Shown here: in pieces, positions 18,266 to 28,788 of the stretch
Layout of the letters: every line of letters begins with the position of its first letter
How positions within the stretch are numbered: the first letter of the stretch is position 1
Source: Bacteroidota bacterium
GTDB lineage: Bacteria; Bacteroidota; Rhodothermia; Rhodothermales; Bin80
Length of the DNA stretch: 64,000 nt
Direction of reading: 5' to 3'
Assembly (NCBI GenBank): GCA_026709065.1
Contig: JAPOTS010000100.1
Location: 15,625 to 79,624 of the forward strand
Program-made: the position numbers and the translations under genes
Notes under the pieces: generated by a model
The model's input: the letters and a program-made list of their open reading frames with translations, nothing else
Databases searched by the model: none
What the model was told of the DNA's origin: nothing

Positions 18266-19660
18266 ATGAACTTTAGCATGCCTTCAAGCCAACAAAGAGG
18301 CCTCTTCACACATGAAGCACGTAAAGTCTCACTCCTGTGTATCCCAATCGTAGCCACTCAACTAGGACAGATAAGTAATGGGTTTATTGATGTCATCATG
18401 GTTGGGCGTCTAGGTCCCCCCGAATTAGCCGGTGTTGCTCTCGGCAATGCCACATATTTTCTCTTTGCTCTGATCGGAATTGGAATCTTGTTAGCTGTCG
18501 GGCCGCTGGTCTCCCAAGCTTATGGGGCAAAAAACTATACCCCAATTAGTCGGACCGTTCGTCAGGCAGTTTGGCTAGCCACACTGATGTCTATCCCAGT
18601 GATGTTCATCATGTGGAACGCACGATTACCTTGGAATCTAATGCAACAAGATGCGGCCACAATTACTTATGCAGAAGGGTATCTAAGAGCGGCTGTCTGG
18701 GGATTTCTTCCATTTATGTTATTCAATGGACTCCGAAATTTTGTTGAAGCTATTAGCCGCCCCTTTCCTGTGACAATCATTATAGTACTGGGAATACTGC
18801 TCAATATCGTTGCAAACTATGGCTTGATGTATGGTAACTTCGGCCTTCCAGAACTTGGATTGAATGGGACTGGATGGTCCACATGCATTGTTCACTGGTT
18901 TATGTTCATCAGCATTGCTGTTTACGTCACATTCAAGGATCCTTTTCGGTCGTATGAAGTGCTGAAAAAACTCCGAGTTCCAGACTTGGTCTATTTCCGA
19001 GAACTTTTGCGAGTTGGCCTTCCTATCGGAGGATCCATCGGTTTGGAAGTTACGTTGTTTAGTGCTACTGCATTTCTGATCGGTACATTTGGGGCAATAC
19101 CCATTGCAGCCCATCAAATTGCGATTCAATCTGCTGCAATTGCATATATGGTTCCACTGGGTATTGGATTGGCCACCTCTGTGCGTGTAGGGCAAAATAT
19201 TGGAGCTAAGGATCCTGGAGCTGCCGCTGTATCAGGATTCACTGGAATTGGAATATCTTTTGTATTTATGATCTGCACTGCACTCTTATTTCTCTTTGCT
19301 CCACAATTGGTTGCTGCTGTGTATTTAGACCTGAATGATCCAGCTAATTTTGAAACCGCCACGCAAGTGATTCGCTTCTTAGCAATTGCCTCAATTTTTC
19401 AGATTTTTGATGGCGTACAAGCCACTGCACTTGGTGCTTTACGAGGGTTAAAAGACACGCGAATCCCAATGATTTTAGGGTTTATTGCCTATTGGCTCAT
19501 TGGCATGCCTACAGGGCTAAGCCTTGGATTTGGATTAAACATCGGACCAGAAGGATTTTGGTGGGGACTTGTCGTTGGTCTTTTTGCCGCATCAATTATG
19601 TTTTTCTATCGCTTTCATCGTATGACTCAAAAACTTCCCAATGCTTCGATACCCGACTGA
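18266..19660 (+). CDS. MATE-family multidrug/sodium efflux transporter
   Basis: About 460 aa and 12-TM-like, with the two-halves architecture and typical MATE N-terminus (P.V..QL.Q...GF.D..MVGRLG), plus GALRGLKDTR in the second half. Confidence 0.8.
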   Translation: MNFSMPSSQQRGLFTHEARKVSLLCIPIVATQLGQISNGFIDVIMVGRLGPPELAGVALGNATYFLFALIGIGILLAVGPLVSQAYGAKNYTPISRTVRQAVWLATLMSIPVMFIMWNARLPWNLMQQDAATITYAEGYLRAAVWGFLPFMLFNGLRNFVEAISRPFPVTIIIVLGILLNIVANYGLMYGNFGLPELGLNGTGWSTCIVHWFMFISIAVYVTFKDPFRSYEVLKKLRVPDLVYFRELLRVGLPIGGSIGLEVTLFSATAFLIGTFGAIPIAAHQIAIQSAAIAYMVPLGIGLATSVRVGQNIGAKDPGAAAVSGFTGIGISFVFMICTALLFLFAPQLVAAVYLDLNDPANFETATQVIRFLAIASIFQIFDGVQATALGALRGLKDTRIPMILGFIAYWLIGMPTGLSLGFGLNIGPEGFWWGLVVGLFAASIMFFYRFHRMTQKLPNASIPD

Positions 19661-19892
19661 GTGTTAGGCGATTGAGGGGTTTGTAAAACATATTTTCTGA
19701 ATGAATCGCAAATTGATTCCCTGAGATATAATTTCCATTGATGATGATTTATTAAGAATTGGTTAATAATGAATAAACATCAAACAGTTTGAATCATTTA
19801 AGTTAAAGATGATCAATGCACTGCATCTGATCAAAAGTTGAGCTAATGTTTATGAAATATTCTATTTTGGTCAAGCGTATTGATTTTTGCCG

Positions 19893-19900
19893 TAAATTTG
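19893..19900 (+). promoter_or_regulatory. Candidate Bacteroidota-type -7 promoter box (TAnnTTTG) upstream of actA
   Basis: TAAATTTG lies 30 nt upstream of the actA ATG, with a TTTG at 19866-19869 as a possible -33 element (spacing slightly long). Confidence 0.3.
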
Positions 19901-19929
19901 CGCGTCCTTCAAAAAAGGCACTCTAAACA

Positions 19930-20577
19930 ATGCCGCAAATATTTCCCAAAAAATCTAACCTACTCCCTCATGTTTCGCTCGGTGCTTTGATGGGGAGCGG
20001 TTTGGTGGCTGTTTTTTTAGTTTGGTACTATTTTTCTCCCGAATACACTGATGTTGGTTATGCTCCAGAACAACCCGTATCCTATAGCCATCGGGTCCAT
20101 GTAGATCAATTAGGCTTGGATTGTAGATACTGCCACAGTTTTGTAGAAGTAGCTGATATGTCCAATGTTCCTGCGACTGAAACCTGTATGAATTGTCACG
20201 AAGTCGTTCTTCCCCAAAGCACAGAATTGATTCCCGTGCGTGCGAGTTGGGCTGATGGATCATCCATACCTTGGGTAAAAATTCACCAGCTACCTGATTA
20301 CGCACAGTTCAGCCATGCCGCTCATGTCAACAATGGTGTTGGTTGCGAAACATGTCATGGAAGAGTTGATAATATGGATGTTGTCCACTTAGTTGAACCA
20401 CTTTCAATGGGCTGGTGCCTTGAATGTCACAGAGAACCTGAAAAATATTTGCGACCCAATGAGGAAATTACAACTATGGGGTATGTTCATAGTGACGGAT
20501 TTCTTGAAGACAACTTAAACCGCATCAAGCAGGAAGGAATCCGACCTCCAACAAATTGCAGTGCCTGCCACTATTAG
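19930..20577 (+). CDS. actA: Alternative Complex III subunit ActA (pentaheme cytochrome c)
   Basis: N-terminal membrane anchor and five CxxCH motifs (CRYCH, CMNCH, CETCH, CLECH, CSACH). It is the first gene of an act-type cluster. Confidence 0.85.
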   Translation: MPQIFPKKSNLLPHVSLGALMGSGLVAVFLVWYYFSPEYTDVGYAPEQPVSYSHRVHVDQLGLDCRYCHSFVEVADMSNVPATETCMNCHEVVLPQSTELIPVRASWADGSSIPWVKIHQLPDYAQFSHAAHVNNGVGCETCHGRVDNMDVVHLVEPLSMGWCLECHREPEKYLRPNEEITTMGYVHSDGFLEDNLNRIKQEGIRPPTNCSACHY

Positions 20578-23500
20578 TCTGTTACGCTATGATATCGCTT
20601 CCTGTAATTGACGCTCCTTCGGAAAGTATAGGACATAAGATGTGGCGTAGTCAGCCCCATCTACATCAGAATCCAGAGCTCACAGAGTTAGCCTCAGAGG
20701 AACTCCTACCCGGCGCGAGTGACCCACCTTCAGGGACTAATCGTCGTCATTTTATGCAACTACTTGGCGCATCAATGGCACTAGCTGGCCTGGCTGCTTG
20801 TCGTCGTCCAGTAGAATATATTATGCCTTTTTCAGATCGCCCTGAGGAACTCATACCAGGTGTGCCCTTGAATTATGCTACGACAATGAATTTTCGTGGG
20901 ATTGCGCGCCCACTATTGGTAAAAAGCTATGACGGAAGGCCAATTAAAATTGAAGGTAATCCAGACCATCCGAATGCCTCAGGTGCCTCAGGAGTTTATG
21001 AACAAGCCTCGCTACTTCAACTGTATGATCCCGATCGCTCACAACAAATACTGCGTTCTGGCTCCCCTTCAACATGGAGCGATGTTTTAGATCTCTGTCA
21101 ACAGGCACAATCAGCAAACCGTAGAATCGCTGTATTAGCAGCTCCAGATAGTTCTCCATCTCGTGCCCGACTGCGTAGCCAACTTGAAAATCAGTATGAC
21201 AATTTTCAATGGATAGACTATCGCAGTGAGGGCGATGATACGCAAACGCTTGGCCTACAGATGGCTTACGGCCTACCATTAAGACCCGTATATGATTTTG
21301 AGAATGCTGACATCATCGTCAGCTTAGATGCTGATTTTCTTGGCCCCCATTCCAAGAATGGAAACTGGAACACCTATTCCTTTGCTCAAGGTCGTAGACT
21401 CTCTGATGCCGAAGATCAGATGAGCCGCTTGTATGTCATTGAAAGCACGTATACCTCTACAGGTACGATGGCCGATCACCGTAAAAGAATGCGATCGGAT
21501 GAAATATCCAATATTGCTAGTCAACTTGCGACGGCTTTGAATATCTTCTCTGGTGCCCAGCCCAACTCATTAATATCTCAAATCGCAGAAGACCTTCGCA
21601 ATTCTGATGGACGTTGTATCGTGATTGCAGGAGAGACCCAGCCCGCAGAAGTCCACGCGTTATGTGCACAAATTAATCAAAGTTTAGGTGCTATTGGGAC
21701 AACGATCACACTTCTTGACACGGGCGAACCCGTTCAGTCTCCCCAATCAGAGACACTCCCCGCACTTGTAGAGGATATTAATTCTGGTGAAATTGATCTA
21801 CTGTTGATCTTAGGGGTCAATCCAGTCTATGATGCTCCCCTTGCATTGAACTTTCAATCCGCATTGGAGCAAGTAACAGATACCGTCCATCTTGGGCTTC
21901 ATGTAGATGAAACTGCGCAATCCTGCACATGGCATATTCCTCAAACCCACTACCTTGAGGCTTGGGGGGATGCACGCTCCTGGGACGGAACACTGACCCC
22001 TGTTCAACCCTTAATTGCCCCACTTTACGAAGATTGCCATAGTGAAATTGAACTGCTTGGCGCTCTCTCCAACGGCGAACCAATCAATGGCTATGACTTT
22101 GTTCGTCAAACATGGAATTCAGTCATTGATTCTGAGGATTTTGAGACGGCATGGCGACGTATCTTGCATAATGGGTTCCTTGATGATACAGGATTTGAAT
22201 CTGTAACTCCTACTCCCTCATTCAATGGGCAACTTCCTGCTCTAAATACTGGTTTAGAGCTTGTGATGCGTCTTGATGCGACTGTGCTTGATGGAAGTTT
22301 TTCCAATAATGCATGGTGCCAAGAACTCCCTGATCCAATTACTAAAATTGTTTGGGATAATGTTGCTGTCATCAGTCCTCAAACTGCACATGATTATGGA
22401 CTGGTGTGTGAGTATTCTAAGGGCCATTATATCTCTGACATCATCACTCTGTCTGCCAATGGGCACCAAGTTGACTTACCTATTTGGATCTTACCTGGGC
22501 ATGCTAACAATTCAATTTCAGTAACTCTGGGGTATGGTCGTGACATTTCAACGAAACGCCCCAATAGGGACACCCCCTTCTGGGATAAAGATGATGAAAC
22601 AGATATCTATGCTAATGGCGCCTTATCTACGGGAATTGGGGGCAATGTCTCTGGACTTAGAAACATGCATGGAGAGCTTGTGATCTTCGATGTTGAACTC
22701 ATAGCCACGGGACGTAAATGGACGATCGTCACTACTCAGGATCACGGGATTCTTGACACCGAAGCCCGCCCATTGATTCGAATGGCGACGCTTGATGAAT
22801 ACCGCCAAGACCCCGCATTCGCACTTCAAGACGAAGCACCCACTCCAAGTTCGGATATAAAAACAGATTTTCAAGATTATCCAGAGCTCTGGAAAGACTC
22901 CCATCCTGCTAAAACCCCATCATTCCGGGATAGTGATTACTGGAAAAACCAATGGGGCATGGCCATTGACCTCAATACCTGCACGGGTTGCAATGCATGT
23001 ATCATAGCATGTCAGGCAGAGAACAATATTCAGGTTGTAGGTAAAAAAGAAGTCGGTAACGGTCGAGAATTGCACTGGCTCAGAGTTGATCGATATTTTG
23101 TCACCGAAGGTGGAACAGATCTTGATGCGGATCCACAGATTGTGATGCAACCGATCCCCTGCCAACATTGCGAAAATGCCCCATGTGAATCTGTCTGCCC
23201 AGTTGCTGCCACCGTGCATTCACCCGACGGCACCAATCAGATGATCTATAATCGGTGTATCGGAACGCGCTATTGCGCCAATAACTGTCCCTATAAAGTC
23301 CGACGGTACAATTTTTATAATTGGTCCAAGACCATTCCTGAAACCGTCCAGATGGCTCAGAATCCCAATGTGTCCATTCGCTTCAGGGGTGTGATGGAAA
23401 AATGCTCATTTTGTATCCAAAGAATTCGAGAAACACAAAAAAGGGCTGGACTGGAAAAACGACCATTGCACCGCGATGAGGTTGCCACGGCTTGCCAACA

Positions 23501-23684
23501 GGCTTGCCCAACCCAATCCATCACCTTTGGTGACCTCAATGATGATCAAAGTCAAGTCAGCCAAGCTATGCGTAACCCGCGAGGCTATAAGCTTCTTGCA
23601 GAGTTAAATATTAAACCGAGAGTTTCTTACCTAGCACGTGTTCGAAACCCTAATTCCGAGCTTGAATCCCTTGAGACCTCTTAA
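20556..23684 (+). CDS. actB: Alternative Complex III subunit ActB (molybdopterin-oxidoreductase-like domain fused to 4Fe-4S domain)
   Basis: Tat motif NRRHFMQLLGASMALAGLAAC. A large CISM-like domain is followed by Cys clusters CTGCNACIIAC, CQHCENAPCESVCP, CIGTRYCANNCP and CQQACP. The probable real start is the ATG at 20589. Confidence 0.9.
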   Translation: MQCLPLLVCYAMISLPVIDAPSESIGHKMWRSQPHLHQNPELTELASEELLPGASDPPSGTNRRHFMQLLGASMALAGLAACRRPVEYIMPFSDRPEELIPGVPLNYATTMNFRGIARPLLVKSYDGRPIKIEGNPDHPNASGASGVYEQASLLQLYDPDRSQQILRSGSPSTWSDVLDLCQQAQSANRRIAVLAAPDSSPSRARLRSQLENQYDNFQWIDYRSEGDDTQTLGLQMAYGLPLRPVYDFENADIIVSLDADFLGPHSKNGNWNTYSFAQGRRLSDAEDQMSRLYVIESTYTSTGTMADHRKRMRSDEISNIASQLATALNIFSGAQPNSLISQIAEDLRNSDGRCIVIAGETQPAEVHALCAQINQSLGAIGTTITLLDTGEPVQSPQSETLPALVEDINSGEIDLLLILGVNPVYDAPLALNFQSALEQVTDTVHLGLHVDETAQSCTWHIPQTHYLEAWGDARSWDGTLTPVQPLIAPLYEDCHSEIELLGALSNGEPINGYDFVRQTWNSVIDSEDFETAWRRILHNGFLDDTGFESVTPTPSFNGQLPALNTGLELVMRLDATVLDGSFSNNAWCQELPDPITKIVWDNVAVISPQTAHDYGLVCEYSKGHYISDIITLSANGHQVDLPIWILPGHANNSISVTLGYGRDISTKRPNRDTPFWDKDDETDIYANGALSTGIGGNVSGLRNMHGELVIFDVELIATGRKWTIVTTQDHGILDTEARPLIRMATLDEYRQDPAFALQDEAPTPSSDIKTDFQDYPELWKDSHPAKTPSFRDSDYWKNQWGMAIDLNTCTGCNACIIACQAENNIQVVGKKEVGNGRELHWLRVDRYFVTEGGTDLDADPQIVMQPIPCQHCENAPCESVCPVAATVHSPDGTNQMIYNRCIGTRYCANNCPYKVRRYNFYNWSKTIPETVQMAQNPNVSIRFRGVMEKCSFCIQRIRETQKRAGLEKRPLHRDEVATACQQACPTQSITFGDLNDDQSQVSQAMRNPRGYKLLAELNIKPRVSYLARVRNPNSELESLETS

Positions 23685-23707
23685 GCCAAATAACATTCTA
23701 ATTCACC

Positions 23708-25123
23708 GTGTCTAACTCAACTGGCAATTCTGTTAGCATCCCTGCTGAGCCACCTCTGGTAACTGGAAACCTTGGGTTCCACGATATTACCCAACTGGTT
23801 TCCTATCATACCGAGAAGCGTCCGCCATCGGTTTGGTACATGACATTACTTGTGTCAACGTCACTGCTGAGTGTGTTGATGTTAATGATTGGTTATCTTG
23901 TATGGAATGGAGTAGGCGTATGGGGAAACAATAACCCCGTTGGATGGGGATGGCCGATCGTTAACTTTGTGTTTTGGGTTGGGATTGGGCATGCAGGAAC
24001 GTTGATCTCAGCGATTCTATTTTTATTTCGTCAGCAATGGCGCACTGCAATTAACCGAAGTGCAGAGGCAATGACCATCTTTGCCGTCATCTGTGCCTTG
24101 TTATTTCCCACGATTCATGTCGGTCGTGTTTGGGTCATCTACTGGACGTTACCCCTGCCCAATCAAATGGAGATGTGGCCTCAGTTCAAGAGTCCATTGC
24201 TTTGGGATGTCTTTGCTGTGAGTGTCTACTTTACTGTTTCGTTGGTCTTTTGGTATATCGGTATGGTTCCTGACTTAGCCACCTTGCGTGATCGGGCTCG
24301 TAATACATTCCGTAAACGAATTCTTGGGTTTTTCTCCCTTGGGTGGAGTGGTGCAAACCGTCACTGGCGAAACTATGAAAAAACGTACCTCTTGCTTGCA
24401 GCTCTTGCTACGCCACTCGTTCTCAGTGTCCATTCTGTGGTTTCGTTTGACTTTGCTGTCAGTATTATTCCAGGCTGGCATACGACTATTTTCCCGCCCT
24501 ACTTTGTAGCAGGTGCTATTTTCTCTGGCTTTGCGATGGTCATGACGCTCCTGATACTTGCCCGCAAGATCTATGGAATTGAAAATATCATTACCATTGA
24601 CCATCTTGAAAAGATGGCCATCATTACCCTCCTGACAGGTAGCATGGTTGGATTTGCCTATATCACTGAATTTTTTATTGCATGGTACTCACAGGTTGAA
24701 TATGAGCAATACGCGTTTATCAACCGCGCCACTGGCCCTTATGCATGGGCCTATTGGATCATGATGTCTTGCAATCTTCTATTTCCTCAATTCTTTTGGG
24801 TCAAGCGATTAAGGCGAAGTATTCCCTTTCTGTTTGTGACCTCAATCATCGTGAATATCGGGATGTGGTTTGAGCGATTTGTGATTACCGTCACTAGTCT
24901 GCATCGGGATTATTTGCCAAGTAGTTGGGACTATTTTAATCCGACATTCGTTGATGTATTGACCTTTGCAGGTTCGTTTGGACTCTTTATGACATTGTTT
25001 TTAATTTTCCTCCGCTTCTTGCCGATGGTTGCTATGGCAGAGGTAAAAATGGTTCTCCCAGAAAGTGATCCCCACTTCTATGATAACCATGACTCAAAGC
25101 CTGAACATCCGGAAGCGCAATGA
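23708..25123 (+). CDS. actC: Alternative Complex III subunit ActC (NrfD/PsrC-like quinol-interacting membrane subunit)
   Basis: Polytopic membrane protein of 471 aa immediately after actB, with GTG start and NrfD-like helices. Confidence 0.85.
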   Translation: MSNSTGNSVSIPAEPPLVTGNLGFHDITQLVSYHTEKRPPSVWYMTLLVSTSLLSVLMLMIGYLVWNGVGVWGNNNPVGWGWPIVNFVFWVGIGHAGTLISAILFLFRQQWRTAINRSAEAMTIFAVICALLFPTIHVGRVWVIYWTLPLPNQMEMWPQFKSPLLWDVFAVSVYFTVSLVFWYIGMVPDLATLRDRARNTFRKRILGFFSLGWSGANRHWRNYEKTYLLLAALATPLVLSVHSVVSFDFAVSIIPGWHTTIFPPYFVAGAIFSGFAMVMTLLILARKIYGIENIITIDHLEKMAIITLLTGSMVGFAYITEFFIAWYSQVEYEQYAFINRATGPYAWAYWIMMSCNLLFPQFFWVKRLRRSIPFLFVTSIIVNIGMWFERFVITVTSLHRDYLPSSWDYFNPTFVDVLTFAGSFGLFMTLFLIFLRFLPMVAMAEVKMVLPESDPHFYDNHDSKPEHPEAQ

Positions 25124-25734
25124 TCAAAAAAATTCTACAGGGTATCAAGGCCACCATGGGGATTTATGAAGCCCGTACGGATGGAGTCTATGGATTATTG
25201 GCGGAATTCCCGCACCCTGGCGCGCTGATTGATGCTGCTCGGAAGATTCGTGAATCGGGATATCAACACTTTGATACACACTCACCGTTTCCAATTCATG
25301 GCATGGATCGGGCGATGGGACTTGGACAGTCTAAAGTGGGCTATCTAACCCTGATTGGCGGAATCAGTGGATTGGGGCTTGCGACATGGTTGCAATGGTG
25401 GACATCTGCCATAGATTATCCTATCAATATCAGTGGTAAACCATTCTTTGCCTTAGAACCCGCAATTCCTATTATGTTTGAATTAACTGTACTACTCGCG
25501 GCATTGCTGACCGTTGGTGGAATGTTGGCGATGAATGGGCTCCCCCGCCCCTATAACCCTCTGTTTTATTCACGTGAGTTTCTGAGAGTCACTGACGATG
25601 CGTTCTTTCTGCATATTGCAGCCAGTGATTCAAATTTTGATTTACAAGAAACCGAAGCACTCCTAAAAAATTTCGGTGCATCCTCCGTTGAAGTCATCCA
25701 TGATCACGGACACTCAGATCTAAACTCAGCGTAA
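25120..25734 (+). CDS. actD: Alternative Complex III subunit ActD (DUF3341)
   Basis: [24 protein letters not shown]...[10 protein letters not shown] followed by two TM helices; 4-nt overlap with actC. Confidence 0.8.
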   Translation: MIKKILQGIKATMGIYEARTDGVYGLLAEFPHPGALIDAARKIRESGYQHFDTHSPFPIHGMDRAMGLGQSKVGYLTLIGGISGLGLATWLQWWTSAIDYPINISGKPFFALEPAIPIMFELTVLLAALLTVGGMLAMNGLPRPYNPLFYSREFLRVTDDAFFLHIAASDSNFDLQETEALLKNFGASSVEVIHDHGHSDLNSA

Positions 25735-25737
25735 TCA

Positions 25738-26346
25738 ATGAAAAACGTGGCTGTCTTCTTCGTCCTGATTTGTACATTGAGCGCTTGTCGTGGCACACTT
25801 AGTGATGACCCACCCATTCATATCAATCCAAATATGGATGCTATGGAGCGGTTTGAAGCACAAGAGGCGAATCCCTTCTTTGAAGATGGTCGTGCAATGC
25901 GTCCGCCCGTTCCAGGAACTGTGGCTCGCGGAATGCTCCGTGAGGATACTGCATTCCATACTGGCCGTCTCAGCGATGATACCTATCTGCAGGTAATACC
26001 AGTTGAGTATACAGTTGAATTTGCGAAACGCGGTCAAGACCGCTATGATATTTACTGTAGTGTATGCCATGGCGTTGCAGGAGATGGGCAGGGAGTCATC
26101 ATGTCCGGTGGCTATGGATTTGCGCCGATTGGCTTCCATGACGATCGCTTGCGCTCAATAGAGGATGGTTATCTCTATGAAGTGATTTCTCAGGGGGTTC
26201 GAAGTATGCCTGGTTATGCGCAGCAAATTCCTGTCGCTGATCGATGGGCAATTGTGGCCTATGTCCGTGCACTTCAACGTAGCCAGAATGCAACCGCTTC
26301 TGATGTACCATCTGATGAACTGACTCAATTTCAGAATTCGCCTTGA
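25738..26346 (+). CDS. actE: Alternative Complex III subunit ActE (monoheme cytochrome c lipoprotein)
   Basis: Lipobox LSAC, a single CSVCHG heme motif and a distal Met region (VRSMPGY). Confidence 0.8.
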   Translation: MKNVAVFFVLICTLSACRGTLSDDPPIHINPNMDAMERFEAQEANPFFEDGRAMRPPVPGTVARGMLREDTAFHTGRLSDDTYLQVIPVEYTVEFAKRGQDRYDIYCSVCHGVAGDGQGVIMSGGYGFAPIGFHDDRLRSIEDGYLYEVISQGVRSMPGYAQQIPVADRWAIVAYVRALQRSQNATASDVPSDELTQFQNSP

Positions 26347-27629
26347 ATCTTCCATTGATGAGTAACCCACTAAAAGGTAGTTCACTATTGATGAAGCTGA
26401 TTGATCCCTTGGCTCCAACCAAGAGTGATCAATATCCCTTCACAGCTTCCCCTCGTAGCTACATTGTTTTACTCCTTGCGGGCATCGCAATGACGGTGAT
26501 CAGTGTTGCAGTTGGAATGAGCGAGGCCTTTCTTGAACAATTTTACTTCTCCTACCTTATTGGTTGGGTTTTCTGTGTCTCAATTACGTTAGGCTGTCTG
26601 TTCATAGTATTGATCAAACATCTCGTACGCTCTAAATGGATTGTTTCTCTGCGGAGAATTCCAGAGGCTTCTGCTGCCTCCTTTCCTCTGTTGATTATTC
26701 TTTCAATTCCAGTCATCATTGGCTTACTCGATCCTCATGGACCCTATCATCATTGGACCACCGAGGGAATCGCTGACCCAACCAGCGAGCACTATGATGA
26801 GATTGTCTCTGGCAAAGTTGCATATCTCAATATCCCATTCTTTTTAGGGCGAATGGCATTTTATTTTATCGCTTGGACATTTATCTCTTCCCGGCTATGG
26901 CGTTTATCGGTGCTTCAGGATATTACTCATGATCCCCATTTATCTGTACGGATGCGCCATCTAAGTGCTTGGGGATTACCCGTGGCGGCGATTACAACCG
27001 CGTTTGCTGCATTTGATTTTCTGATGACTCTGGATCCTCATTGGTTCTCTACCATTTTTGGGGTCTACTTCTTTGCGGGAGCATTTCTTGCCGCTTTCTG
27101 TTTTACGACCCTGACTATTGCCGGACTACAGCGTGCGGGTATGCTCAAGGGTGTCGTCACTCGTGAACATTATCATGACCTTGGAAAGTTGATGTTTGGG
27201 TTTGTGGTTTTCTGGGCATATATTGGATTTAGTCAGTACATGCTAATTTGGTATGGGGGTATCCCCGAAGAAACCGCATGGTTTAAGTATCGTTTGCAAA
27301 ATGGATGGGAAACGCATAGTGGGATTCTATTATTTGGACATTTCATTATTCCGTTTATAATCCTTCTCCCTCGTGCGATCAAGAGATTTGCGACTCCCCT
27401 TGCAATCATTGCTGTTTGGCTTCTTGTCATGCAGTGGTTTGATATTCATTGGCAAGCCATGCCTGTCCTGCACAAGGATCAGGCGCAATTTCACTGGTTG
27501 GATCTCAGTTGCTGGGTGGGGCTCACGAGCTTGCTTGTCGGTGCCTTTCTGTGGAGGTTCAGCCGCCATGCCATCGTATGTGAAGGTGACCCCAAACTTG
27601 AAAAATCGCTACGATTTGAAAACGTTTGA
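26343..27629 (+). CDS. actF: Alternative Complex III subunit ActF (NrfD-like membrane subunit)
   Basis: Polytopic membrane protein directly following actE with overlapping stop/start. Its position and size fit ActF. Confidence 0.75.
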   Translation: MNLPLMSNPLKGSSLLMKLIDPLAPTKSDQYPFTASPRSYIVLLLAGIAMTVISVAVGMSEAFLEQFYFSYLIGWVFCVSITLGCLFIVLIKHLVRSKWIVSLRRIPEASAASFPLLIILSIPVIIGLLDPHGPYHHWTTEGIADPTSEHYDEIVSGKVAYLNIPFFLGRMAFYFIAWTFISSRLWRLSVLQDITHDPHLSVRMRHLSAWGLPVAAITTAFAAFDFLMTLDPHWFSTIFGVYFFAGAFLAAFCFTTLTIAGLQRAGMLKGVVTREHYHDLGKLMFGFVVFWAYIGFSQYMLIWYGGIPEETAWFKYRLQNGWETHSGILLFGHFIIPFIILLPRAIKRFATPLAIIAVWLLVMQWFDIHWQAMPVLHKDQAQFHWLDLSCWVGLTSLLVGAFLWRFSRHAIVCEGDPKLEKSLRFENV

Positions 27630-27985
27630 CCTATCAATCCATGAACTCTGATTCTAACACTACCGACCAATCTCTCATCCAAGAGGAGGCAATCGCTGCA
27701 GTTCCATTGATTTCATTTATCATGGTTCTTTTAGTTGGTCTCGTCGTCTTGGTTTTTGTGGCTTCTTATTGGTTTGATCGAGAGGCCGTTAGGATTAGCC
27801 AAGAACATGCAACTGAAGCTTCTTATCCACAACTGGAACGTTTGGAGATAAACGGCATGCAACAACTCAATCGCTATGAAGTGTTAGATAATGGCCTCTT
27901 TAGAATTCCTGTAGAGCAAGCCATGCATAGAGTGGCTGAGGAATTCCCTGATGAGACACCTATTTCACAAGAAATGTTGCCTTAA
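27626..27985 (+). CDS. Small single-pass membrane protein linking the ACIII and oxidase gene sets
   Basis: One TM helix (AAVPLISFIMVLLVGLVVLVFVASYWF). It overlaps the actF stop and abuts the SCO start. The start may be the ATG at 27641. Confidence 0.5.
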   Translation: MTYQSMNSDSNTTDQSLIQEEAIAAVPLISFIMVLLVGLVVLVFVASYWFDREAVRISQEHATEASYPQLERLEINGMQQLNRYEVLDNGLFRIPVEQAMHRVAEEFPDETPISQEMLP

Positions 27986-28788
27986 TGCTCAAACGATGCC
28001 TGTTCATTGTTGCTTGTTGCTCCTATACTGGTGCACTCTGTGCTCAGTTGACACAGCAGGCTAGTATTGCGTATGAAGGGGTTGGACTCTCTCCCCGTTT
28101 AGGTCAGCAGATCCCTCTGGATCTTACCTTTTTGGATTCGGAGGAGCGATCAGTGACACTTGGCGAGTATTTTCATCAAGAGCGCCCCATTGTACTCACA
28201 TTTGTGTATCATACCTGCCCCATGCTCTGTAGTAGTCTCTTAGATGGGGTCACCCGAAGCATGCAAGATCTATCGTTGTCACCAGGGTCTGACTATGAAA
28301 TGCTTACTGTTTCATTTAGCCCCGATGATACCCCTGCGCATGCAGCTCAGCAACGAGCCCGCTATCTCAAACGGCTTGATCACCAAGCCCCCGAGTGGAC
28401 ATTTTTAACGGGGGATGATCCTGCGATTTCTGCATTGACAGAGGCCGTTGGATTTCAGTATAAATGGGTTGAGGAGCAGGGAGAATTTGCTCACCCTGCT
28501 GCTGTAATTATTTTGAGTGATCAGGGAGTTATCACCCGTTATCTGCCTGATATTTCACCCAATAGTCGTGACTTTCGGGCAGCAATTGTAGAGGCTTCTG
28601 ATGGAACGGTTGGCAATTTCTTAGATCGCGCATTTCTTTATTGTTTTCAATTTGACCCTACTTCAAACTCGTACGTATTAGTCGCACGTCGGGCCATGCA
28701 GGTTGGAGGTGGCGTAACAGCTGTACTACTTATTGCATTTTTAAGCATTTTATGGGTTAACGATTCAACAAAGCCTAAGCATTCATGA
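27985..28788 (+). CDS. SCO1/SenC family copper chaperone / thiol-disulfide oxidoreductase
   Basis: Thioredoxin-like fold with the CPMLC (CxxxC) copper-binding motif and a downstream His, plus a C-terminal TM segment; precedes cox subunit II. Confidence 0.8.
   Translation: MLKRCLFIVACCSYTGALCAQLTQQASIAYEGVGLSPRLGQQIPLDLTFLDSEERSVTLGEYFHQERPIVLTFVYHTCPMLCSSLLDGVTRSMQDLSLSPGSDYEMLTVSFSPDDTPAHAAQQRARYLKRLDHQAPEWTFLTGDDPAISALTEAVGFQYKWVEEQGEFAHPAAVIILSDQGVITRYLPDISPNSRDFRAAIVEASDGTVGNFLDRAFLYCFQFDPTSNSYVLVARRAMQVGGGVTAVLLIAFLSILWVNDSTKPKHS

Noticed and set aside
18719-19195. 158-aa minus-strand ORF and neighbouring 78-aa ORF inside the MATE transporter gene.
   Set aside because: They lie antisense to a well-supported 464-aa transporter ORF, and their Cys/Asn/Gln-rich composition has no motifs.
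19800-19850. Imperfect palindrome TGATCAATGCA-C-TGCATCTGATCA upstream of actA, considered as an FNR/CRP-type site.
   Set aside because: It does not fit TTGAT-N4-ATCAA spacing and the arms are offset by one base, so support is insufficient.
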